A stretch of DNA of 44,633 nucleotides from Candidatus Saccharimonadales bacterium. GTDB taxonomy: Bacteria; Patescibacteriota; Saccharimonadia; Saccharimonadales; 2-12-FULL-41-12. Each line of letters starts with the position of its first letter. The first letter of the stretch is position 1. Made by a program: the position numbers and the translations under genes. Positions 38,438-44,633 of this stretch are shown piece after piece. Where the stretch lies: NCBI GenBank assembly GCA_035700225.1, contig DASSOT010000053.1:1-44633 (forward strand), read 5' to 3'. A model generated the notes under the pieces. That model was not told where the DNA came from. It worked only from the letters and a program-made list of their open reading frames with translations, and ran no database searches.

Positions 38438-38722
38438 ATGGGTATGGAACAGGGAGAGCAAGTAAGAATTTGTCCGATTCGTGAACACAGTACATATGAA
38501 ACAATCATGAGAGAAATGATTAAAAACGGGGCATTAAAAGACTCTAGCGTGGTTGCTGTCCAAATGGTAGCAAGGACTAGGGCGGCCCAAAGTCCTGAAA
38601 GCGCCTGCCCTGCAAAATGTGACGGAGTAATTAAAGAACCAAGAGCTATAGGCCCCATAAAACTACCGTCGTTTATGGATATAGAAATCTGCCCGAATCC
38701 TCCTTCCCCCGAAAAGTATTAA
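38438..38722 (+). CDS. Hypothetical small protein (94 aa) with four Cys
   Basis: ORF co-directional with the cluster, with TATAGT 10 nt upstream. Cys residues at ICP, ACPAKC and ICP. A minus-strand 80-aa hydrophobic ORF (38416..38658) competes, and I cannot decide between them by eye. Confidence 0.3.
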   Translation: MGMEQGEQVRICPIREHSTYETIMREMIKNGALKDSSVVAVQMVARTRAAQSPESACPAKCDGVIKEPRAIGPIKLPSFMDIEICPNPPSPEKY

Positions 38723-38744
38723 AATTTTAATTTATAACCAGTTT

Positions 38745-38773
38745 TTGACAAATTATAAATTTATGTATATAAT
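38745..38773 (+). promoter_or_regulatory. Perfect consensus sigma70 promoter TTGACA-17-TATAAT
   Basis: Read directly. It is followed by a ~20-nt leader with AGGAG 9 nt before ATG 38801. Confidence 0.7.
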
Positions 38774-38800
38774 TTCCTGAATTTTTAGGAGTTTTTGATA

Positions 38801-39400
38801 ATGAGTGATTTAGTAACTGCAAGCTCGTTGCCTAAGCCTGTAGAGTCTTTCGAAGCCCAAAAGTCTGCTTTAGGTTTAGAAAATATTGGGATGACACCCA
38901 TTGAAGATGTTAGGGAACTAGACTTTATTCCTGTTGAAGATATCCCCGAGCAACACCGGGTTCACCCCAGGTTTCTGACCAGCCTGGTGCTACCACAGCA
39001 GGTAGATAACGGTCACCGCGTAGCCTATGGAATGATGGAATTTAATACAAGGGAACCGAGCGTAAATGATAGGGCGCGACACTTGATTCCGCATGTTTCA
39101 GCCCCCGACACAGAGCATGCATGTGCGAACCTATTACGCGCTAACGCCGATGGATTAGACCTTGTTGCGCCTGTTCTCAAACTAACCATGAAACATCATC
39201 TGAGAATAGTGCCCATAGAAAAACCTGTTCTGGTTGAATTACACGACGTCAAACGAGGCAAGCTTGAAGAAGCACCTCGTTTCAAGTCTGTCGGCTCAAT
39301 GCTATTCTTCATAAGAGACGCGGAGGAAGGCGAGCCTATGGCTGAGGTTATTTTTCATTACCGAGACATTTCTCCGGGCGAGGCAACACAGCCAGCGTAA
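38801..39400 (+). CDS. Hypothetical protein (199 aa)
   Basis: ATG 38801 has a good SD and is preferred over the in-frame TTG at 38795. No motif recognised. Confidence 0.55.
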   Translation: MSDLVTASSLPKPVESFEAQKSALGLENIGMTPIEDVRELDFIPVEDIPEQHRVHPRFLTSLVLPQQVDNGHRVAYGMMEFNTREPSVNDRARHLIPHVSAPDTEHACANLLRANADGLDLVAPVLKLTMKHHLRIVPIEKPVLVELHDVKRGKLEEAPRFKSVGSMLFFIRDAEEGEPMAEVIFHYRDISPGEATQPA

Positions 39401-39411
39401 AGCCCTACTGC

Positions 39412-39440
39412 TTGCAAAATTGATTAGATACTGGCACAAT
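39412..39440 (+). promoter_or_regulatory. Promoter-like TTGCAA-17-CACAAT
   Basis: Read directly. The downstream leader contains AAGGAG 6 nt before ATG 39470. Confidence 0.4.
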
Positions 39441-39469
39441 CATTGCACCATAGTTTTAAGGAGTAAATT

Positions 39470-40090
39470 ATGCCAAGTCTTTCTGCGGCAAATATGGAAC
39501 AATTGTTTGCACCTGGTGCAGATTTAAGTTCTTACGAAAATAAGAGAGAACGAGATCTTTATTTTTCTTTAATGGGGGGCGCTTTTCAGTATCAAGGCAA
39601 ATCTGCCGAAGCCAGCGATCTTGTAGCTCCATTTCAGGGAACATACGGCATGGTACGTGATTATCCTAATGCAGTAACACAAACCGATGACACAGTTGAA
39701 TTTGAAAGGCAAAAAATACGAATCGAAACAGAGGTAGTAGATGGCGCTTATGCTGGCATGAGTTGGCCATGGGGACCGACGGCACATGTCGCACTGAGTG
39801 CCCTGCAGGGGACCAAACTTGTAAGGTTCGGCGTTTCGGCTAGGCAGGAGCACCAAGAATTATTTCTAAGCGCTGGTGCTTCGATGAAGGACGCGCTTAC
39901 AGGCAAACAAGAGAGGGAGCATGTTTTAGTGAAGTCCAGTTGGGCTGGTAACGTAGGAGGGACCAAAGCCTCAAAAGATGCTAAGAGCGTGTTTAAGCCA
40001 ATAGTATTCCGCAAATTAACGGCACGGGAAAAACGCTTGTTTGGCGTCGCAATGGAAAGCCTCGGTCAATTAGCTCAAACTCCCTCGTAA
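39470..40090 (+). CDS. Hypothetical protein (206 aa)
   Basis: Strong SD (AAGGAG). No motif recognised. Confidence 0.55.
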   Translation: MPSLSAANMEQLFAPGADLSSYENKRERDLYFSLMGGAFQYQGKSAEASDLVAPFQGTYGMVRDYPNAVTQTDDTVEFERQKIRIETEVVDGAYAGMSWPWGPTAHVALSALQGTKLVRFGVSARQEHQELFLSAGASMKDALTGKQEREHVLVKSSWAGNVGGTKASKDAKSVFKPIVFRKLTAREKRLFGVAMESLGQLAQTPS

Positions 40091-40096
40091 TATCTA

Positions 40097-40441
40097 ATGC
40101 TAGATCCTGCTATACATGAAATAATCGGCCGGGAAGTCGATGAAATCGACGATATACGCCAACGCTATGAATCACCTAATACGGATTTAGGGGATAGATT
40201 ATCGGATGATTACTTCAGGGTCTATGATTTGACCACTAAGCCTGGCGAGCTTACTGAAAATGAAGAAAGAATGCTAGCCCGATCAGTCGGAAGGCTTAAC
40301 CAGCACAAAAATCTGACTAGGAATTTATTAAAGCGAACTGTTTTACTGGATGTATACAATGATGTCATAGGACAACTGAATGAACTGAACGCTTCTAAGC
40401 CCTCTGGGTTTCAGTTAGAACCAGTGTATCGCGGGCCCTGA
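40097..40441 (+). CDS. Hypothetical protein (114 aa), predicted helical/charged
   Basis: ORF starts 6 nt after the upstream stop. No motif recognised. Confidence 0.45.
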   Translation: MLDPAIHEIIGREVDEIDDIRQRYESPNTDLGDRLSDDYFRVYDLTTKPGELTENEERMLARSVGRLNQHKNLTRNLLKRTVLLDVYNDVIGQLNELNASKPSGFQLEPVYRGP

Positions 40442-40468
40442 TAGAAAACCTTCCGGAAGAGCCTTATT

Positions 40469-40477
40469 TGCTATAAT
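40469..40477 (+). promoter_or_regulatory. Extended -10 element TGcTATAAT
   Basis: Read directly. It lies about 100 nt upstream of the small ORF at 40586. Confidence 0.4.
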
Positions 40478-40585
40478 AATGGCGTTGATAAGCCCAGAAT
40501 TATGGATAGCCTGGTCTCTAGGAACAACTATTCACTGGCGAACAAAGATTATGAGGCTCATTATTAACTAATAAGGAGTCATGCT

Positions 40586-40744
40586 ATGTCGAAAATGACA
40601 AAAGAAGAGCAGATGGACTGGTACGAGCGGTCGCATAAACATTGGCGATCATGGGGCTCGTGGTTCAGCTGGGGTTCTCCGGTGGGCTTGGGGTTATTTT
40701 TCCTGGCCGTTGCCGGTTCAATCTGGATTATCGCCCAGATTTAA
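40586..40744 (+). CDS. Small Trp-rich membrane protein (52 aa), absent from the ORF track
   Basis: Hand translation: MSKMTKEEQMDWYERSHKHWRSWGSWFSWGSPVGLGLFFLAVAGSIWIIAQI. AAGGAG lies 8 nt upstream, there is a C-terminal TM helix, and a terminator follows. Confidence 0.5.
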   Translation: MSKMTKEEQMDWYERSHKHWRSWGSWFSWGSPVGLGLFFLAVAGSIWIIAQI

Positions 40745-40755
40745 GGAACCAAAAT

Positions 40756-40787
40756 AAAAAGGGCATGTCGTAAGAAGGCCCTTTTTT
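40756..40787. terminator. Putative bidirectional intrinsic terminator between convergent genes
   Basis: AAAAAGGGC-13 nt loop-GCCCTTTTTT. An A-tract on one side and a T-tract on the other give a U-run on both strands. Confidence 0.5.
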
Positions 40788-40797
40788 ATATTTAGAC

Positions 40798-41313
40798 CTA
40801 GTCAGTTAGGATTTCTGCATTTGGAATTTTTGGCTGTATCTTGCTGATGTCGTATTTGGATACGTTCGGGTTGCCTCGCAAATCCAGCGTCTGAAGATTT
40901 TTCAGATTGCCGATTTCCAGAGGCAGGCCGGATATATCGTTGTTGGCAAAATTTGCGACACGCAGTTTGCTTAGCTGTCCGATTTCGGCGGGTATGCCTG
41001 TCATCTTATTGTCCGAAGCATCCAGCACTTCAAGGTTGGTGAGCATGCGTATCTCGGCAGGCAAAGCGCCTGTCAGGTTATTGCCGCTTACATCAAGGGT
41101 GGTTACCGAGCTATTGTTTAATATATCTTTCGGAAACTCACTCAATCCCCGGTTTGAAAGATCGATGGTCTTGCCGCTGGTTGCCTCGGGCTTCTGGGTG
41201 CTGGTAGTCTGACTTCCGCTATTATTCGTATTGGGCGAATCTTTCTTAATAAACTGCAAGTAGCCCAAGATTCCTACGGCTAATACCAGCAAGATAATGA
41301 TTGCACTCTTCAC
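40798..41313 (-). CDS. Membrane-anchored leucine-rich repeat protein (171 aa)
   Basis: N-terminal TM helix (AIIILLVLAVGILGYL), a Ser/Thr-rich linker, then about 5 LRRs: LDVSGNNLTGALP, LEVLDASDNKMTGIP, LRVANFANNDISGLP, LQTLDLRGNP. GTG start. Confidence 0.8.
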   Translation of the reverse strand: MKSAIIILLVLAVGILGYLQFIKKDSPNTNNSGSQTTSTQKPEATSGKTIDLSNRGLSEFPKDILNNSSVTTLDVSGNNLTGALPAEIRMLTNLEVLDASDNKMTGIPAEIGQLSKLRVANFANNDISGLPLEIGNLKNLQTLDLRGNPNVSKYDISKIQPKIPNAEILTD

Positions 41314-41319
41314 ACCATT

Positions 41320-41328
41320 ATTTTAACA
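41320..41328 (-). promoter_or_regulatory. Extended -10 element TGtTAAAAT, 6 nt upstream of GTG 41313
   Basis: Minus strand reads TGTTAAAAT-aatggt-GTG. Confidence 0.45.
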
Positions 41329-41413
41329 GCTATATCTGAGCTCAAGCTGTGAAATCCTCTTGGTATTATTCTCAAAAATGACTTTGACGTTTTGAACAGT
41401 AAAGTATAAAATT

Positions 41414-42115
41414 ATGTTCATGCCAGAAGAAGGTTTGGAAGTAATATCCGCGGCGGAAATATTGGAATTATCGCCGAGAAACAAAGTAGTGCTACAGGAC
41501 GAAAAGCTACCGGTATTTGATGGTTTCTTTTTCTCAAACGACGAAGACGCCGTAGAATTTAAGGCCGAGGAACGACCCGCAATGATGGGCAAGCTGGATA
41601 TTCCGCTTGCATTGACCATGCACGGAGAATTTAGAGAAGGAAGTGGTGAAACTACTGCTGAGATGTTCAAAAGGCTTGGTATTGATATAGAGCTTCCACA
41701 ACCTTCGGAAAATGAATCCGGACCCGAAGGAACAGGTTCGAGCAACCGTAGCAATCAGGATTTCCGGATTGTAATGCCCGACAGAGAAGTGAACCCTAGC
41801 CAGAACAGGGAATGCCAGGTAATGCCATACGTGCTTTTTAACGGTGTTACGTCTTTGATGTTACGCGTTGAACGTCTGGATGCAGAAGGTGATAATGAGC
41901 TGTTCCGCCACGATTCATTTTGGCTGAATGTCTATGACGAGGGAGCTTATCATCCTATTAGTAAGGTTGCAGATGCTACTTTGCAAGTAATCCTTAACCC
42001 CAGTGATGCAGGGCCCGAAAAAACACTTGAAAGATACTTGGCCCTAAAAGAAGACGCCGGCCAGATTCTACAGAGAATCATCAACGCGCCAGTAGTGGCC
42101 GAAGCTACACCATAA
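41414..42115 (+). CDS. Hypothetical acidic protein (233 aa)
   Basis: ORF whose stop overlaps the next start (TAATG). Start could be ATG 41414 or ATG 41420. No motif recognised. Confidence 0.5.
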   Translation: MFMPEEGLEVISAAEILELSPRNKVVLQDEKLPVFDGFFFSNDEDAVEFKAEERPAMMGKLDIPLALTMHGEFREGSGETTAEMFKRLGIDIELPQPSENESGPEGTGSSNRSNQDFRIVMPDREVNPSQNRECQVMPYVLFNGVTSLMLRVERLDAEGDNELFRHDSFWLNVYDEGAYHPISKVADATLQVILNPSDAGPEKTLERYLALKEDAGQILQRIINAPVVAEATP

Positions 42116-42591
42116 TGCGAAGTTTTCATGACACGCCCGAACTGGGTGAATATGTGGGAAAAATTCAACACGAAATTAAAAAGATGGAAGGATACCCTTT
42201 TTCCTGCGGTCTTATAGCCATAGATATCGCAAAAATTCTGCGTGATTCAACTGACGATATAGAAGACTTGACGGTAGTAGATCTGCGCGGAAAAGGAGCC
42301 GAGAACTCCAGCGTAAGACCGCCACTGGTACCTAAACGCTTCGGAGGAGTGGTAAAGTGGGGAGCGCACCTGATATGTGTAGGCGACGAAACAGCATTTG
42401 ATCCTATACTTGATGAACCCGCGCCTTTTGATGCATACATGGATGAAACATTTACGGCTAAACCTGACGTATTTCAGACCTTTGAAGGCCTAGAGCTAGA
42501 AGAACTGATAGCCCGGCGGTCCTTGGTAGAACAAATTATCAGTAAAAATGCTCCGACGGACGTTATTGCTCAACCGCCAGCACAATCTTAG
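42115..42591 (+). CDS. Hypothetical protein (158 aa) with a Cys...His arrangement
   Basis: Translationally coupled to the upstream ORF. YPFSCGLIA is followed about 55 residues later by WGAHLICVGDE. This resembles the order and spacing of papain/NlpC-P60-type catalytic residues, but the similarity is weak. Confidence 0.5.
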   Translation: MRSFHDTPELGEYVGKIQHEIKKMEGYPFSCGLIAIDIAKILRDSTDDIEDLTVVDLRGKGAENSSVRPPLVPKRFGGVVKWGAHLICVGDETAFDPILDEPAPFDAYMDETFTAKPDVFQTFEGLELEELIARRSLVEQIISKNAPTDVIAQPPAQS

Positions 42592-42618
42592 AAATTACCG
42601 CCAGCCAGATTCCCTCGT

Positions 42619-42647
42619 TTGACTTATGGTTATTTTTATTTTATTAT
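42619..42647 (+). promoter_or_regulatory. Promoter TTGACT-17-TATTAT, 7 nt upstream of ATG 42655
   Basis: Read directly. The track's TTG start at 42619 is the -35 hexamer itself. Confidence 0.55.
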
Positions 42648-42654
42648 TTATGTA

Positions 42655-43122
42655 ATGACGGATGTATACCCTGAAATAAATTTTGTTAAGATTGATAATC
42701 CCGAAATGGGAGATGATATAGCAGAGCAAACTGCAAGATTGATTCTGTTGGGCACTTACGACACGCCCGAACCGACAGAGCAAGAATTACGAGAAACTCT
42801 TGACTTAGAGCTGGGAGGAAAGTTTGCTTTAGCCGCCATTAATTCAGGCGGGGATGTCGTGGGAACAGGCGGCCTACTATTAGTCGAGGAAGAACCGGAC
42901 AAAAGCGCGCTGATTCTTAATTTAGTAGTCGCACCCAAAGAAAGAGGGCGGGGTCTTGGTATAAAAATCATATCTATGCTAGAAGAAGAAGCGAGCAGGT
43001 TAAACGCAACTGAAACTTTTGGACAGCCTCACCCTGACTATGTTGGTTTTTATGAAAAATTAGGTTACCGGACAGGCAAGAAACCTCATCTAAAAGGTGA
43101 TATAGTCTTCAAACCAATTTAA
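42655..43122 (+). CDS. GNAT-family N-acetyltransferase
   Basis: Acetyl-CoA motif A LVVAPKERGRGLGIKIISMLEEEA, C-terminal FYEKLGY. Start at ATG 42655 (MTDVYPE). Confidence 0.8.
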   Translation: MTDVYPEINFVKIDNPEMGDDIAEQTARLILLGTYDTPEPTEQELRETLDLELGGKFALAAINSGGDVVGTGGLLLVEEEPDKSALILNLVVAPKERGRGLGIKIISMLEEEASRLNATETFGQPHPDYVGFYEKLGYRTGKKPHLKGDIVFKPI

Positions 43123-43193
43123 TCCATACAATAGTTTTGACCTCTCTTTAATTTTATTGTAAATTTGTAACATTGCATTAAGGAGAGTTTTCC

Positions 43194-43964
43194 ATGAACA
43201 TGCGAGGTTACATCAATGCCTGGTGTGATATAGAAAGAAGAAACCCTGGAGCATGGGAAAGGCATTGGGGCGGAGGAGATTATGAAGATGATTATTATTA
43301 TCCAGAATCTGCTCCCGTACAGCACTTAACCGAGCCAGCCACGCCCTCCTGGCTAACAGAAGGCTTACAGCAATACTTAGAATTGGTAGATGAAGAAGGA
43401 AAGATAGAGCCAAGAGCAGTGGGCGAAGATTTTTCTCACCTGACAGCTTCAGCTCGACCCAGTAAGGTTCCTTCTTTTTTCGAGGTATCATCGGACGCAC
43501 TTTACATACCTGAAGGGGCAGACGTAGGAAGAACCGCTTTAGGCGGAAACGTCTTCTTATTGAATGCTTCATTTAGCCTTGGGGCTAAAAATAGAAAAAC
43601 ACCGAGAATAAAACCGAGGTTTACTTTGGATGTAGTAGAAATAGGAGGAGAAGGCCGAGAAAATGTAATTCGGGCACATGAAGAAAATGAAGGTGTTCAA
43701 CTATTTACAGAAGACCTCGTGGACGAGGCGGGCAAAGTACGGAGTTTGGCTCGGGTTAAAAGCGCTATTACCACTCCAAAGACCAGCCCTCAAATAAGCA
43801 AGCCTGTGGCCAGGGAGCAAAAAGACGGCAAATGGAATACGCCTATGTATCCTGGAAACGTTGCAAATGGATTACTTAAAGTCAGCTTAAGCCCAGTGCT
43901 AAATGATCAAATCCAAAGAATTCCTATAGAACCTCCCGTGCCAACACTACCAGCTAGAGTTTAG
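43194..43964 (+). CDS. Hypothetical protein (256 aa)
   Basis: AAGGAG lies 8 nt upstream. No motif recognised. Its 3' end overlaps the convergent gene by 11 bp. Confidence 0.5.
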   Translation: MNMRGYINAWCDIERRNPGAWERHWGGGDYEDDYYYPESAPVQHLTEPATPSWLTEGLQQYLELVDEEGKIEPRAVGEDFSHLTASARPSKVPSFFEVSSDALYIPEGADVGRTALGGNVFLLNASFSLGAKNRKTPRIKPRFTLDVVEIGGEGRENVIRAHEENEGVQLFTEDLVDEAGKVRSLARVKSAITTPKTSPQISKPVAREQKDGKWNTPMYPGNVANGLLKVSLSPVLNDQIQRIPIEPPVPTLPARV

Positions 43965-44271
43965 GTTTGGATTTATTAAGAGCCCATTTGACGGATGGGC
44001 TTATTTTCTTGTCTTTGCGGTGAATACAACCTATCCAGCAACAGGGACGGCGCTTTCCTTCAAGTAGCTCTGTAATCGTCCGCTTGACATGCTCTTTCCT
44101 GGTCTTTTCTTGTTTAACCGTGATAGTCCAGCAAATCCACTCGTTGCGCGCTAGGGGAGTCAAATCTTCCCATCGCTCCAGCGCGGATTCGTCGGCCTCC
44201 AGTGCTTTTCGCAAATCATCCGGGAGCTTATGCACCACGCCTTCGGAGATTGCTGTCTTCGTCATTGTCAT
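43954..44271 (-). CDS. YdeI/OmdA-family protein
   Basis: LPDDLRKALEADESALERWEDLTPLARNEWICWTITVKQEKTRKEHVKRTITELLEGKRRPCCW matches the OmdA-domain pattern as I recall it. Confidence 0.6.
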   Translation of the reverse strand: MTMTKTAISEGVVHKLPDDLRKALEADESALERWEDLTPLARNEWICWTITVKQEKTRKEHVKRTITELLEGKRRPCCWIGCIHRKDKKISPSVKWALNKSKPKL

Positions 44272-44293
44272 AATTCTATTTTACTATGCAAGT

Positions 44294-44633
44294 CTAGGCT
44301 AGATAGGTGCTAGCCAAAATGACCGTATGAAAAACTAATATATATGCTGCCTGGAAGTAAAGATAGCGCGAGGACAGGCTAGGAATCGCAAAGAATAGGG
44401 TCATACTAACCAGCATGTAGGAAGTACAAAGAAATGCTAAGATTTTAACCCCTAGCGGTACATGACCCAAAGCAACTAACAGGGAGGCGGGAATAAGCAT
44501 GAAGGCCATAGTATATGCCCCAAAGTCATGGATACGTTCTTTTGCTCCACCTACCGCAGGTACAATTATGGCCAAAATTTGCCCCAATATCCCAACCAAG
44601 ACCACGGCTATAAATATATTCGATAATTTAAAA
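44294..44633 (-). CDS. Hypothetical polytopic membrane protein, 5' end probably outside window
   Basis: The reading frame stays open upstream of the track's GTG (…FKLSNIFIAVVLVGIL…) to the window edge. At least three hydrophobic helices. Confidence 0.5.
   Translation of the reverse strand, partial: FKLSNIFIAVVLVGILGQILAIIVPAVGGAKERIHDFGAYTMAFMLIPASLLVALGHVPLGVKILAFLCTSYMLVSMTLFFAIPSLSSRYLYFQAAYILVFHTVILASTYLA

Noticed and set aside
38416-38658. 80-aa hydrophobic minus-strand ORF competing with the plus-strand 94-aa ORF
   Set aside because: This is not firmly rejected. I list the plus-strand ORF as the feature because of cluster orientation and a nearby -10 box, but the minus-strand ORF looks like a plausible two-TM peptide. 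Conservation or Ribo-seq data are needed.
41323-41754. 143-aa Ser-rich minus-strand ORF
   Set aside because: It is antisense to the 5' part of the 41414 ORF and has low-complexity composition. The plus-strand gene fits the coupled pair better.
36051-44633. Classical integrative element (integrase plus att direct repeat of the tRNA 3' end)
   Set aside because: I found no integrase or recombinase-like ORF and no repeat of the tRNA-Asn 3' segment in the window. The island hypothesis stays open but unproven.

Overview
This is a gene-dense 44.6-kb bacterial chromosome segment. I saw no rRNA, CRISPR array, transposase or integrase. Taxon cannot be fixed from the window, though compact operons, many orphan genes and a membrane-anchored SBP suggest a small-genome lineage (inference only).

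Bases 1-36,050 are mostly housekeeping:
- A de novo purine cluster with folate genes embedded: purK(partial)-purE-fchA-like-folD-purF-purN-purD, convergent prs, then a divergent purM-like gene and single-chain large purL.
- A signal-less GH37 trehalase and a UvrD-type helicase fused to a PD-(D/E)XK nuclease.
- Two orphan genes, then a complete F1Fo ATP synthase operon on the minus strand (atpZ-like, B, E, F, H, A, G, D, C).
- A 532-aa orphan, a glutaredoxin-like/cobO pair, and a small ORF plus P-loop kinase pair.
- A divergent GT2/glycosidase pair, an alpha/beta-hydrolase-like gene and smpB.
- A solute-binding protein plus orphan histidine kinase operon, and tRNA-Asn(GTT).

From 36,051 to the window end, directly 3' of the tRNA, lies a block of about 14 mostly orphan genes. 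Many carry their own near-consensus promoters. The recognisable members are a TPR protein, an MTHFR-family paralogue, an LRR protein, a GNAT, and a translationally coupled pair. This block is my best candidate for an undescribed accessory system, but I cannot assign a function from sequence alone.

Two other observations stand out:
- The FolD homologue has Ile at the catalytic YxxxK lysine and sits next to a stand-alone FchA-type cyclohydrolase.
- At least eleven genes have a sigma70-type -10 box only 6-10 nt upstream of the start codon, which suggests widespread leaderless mRNAs, two of them starting with GTG.
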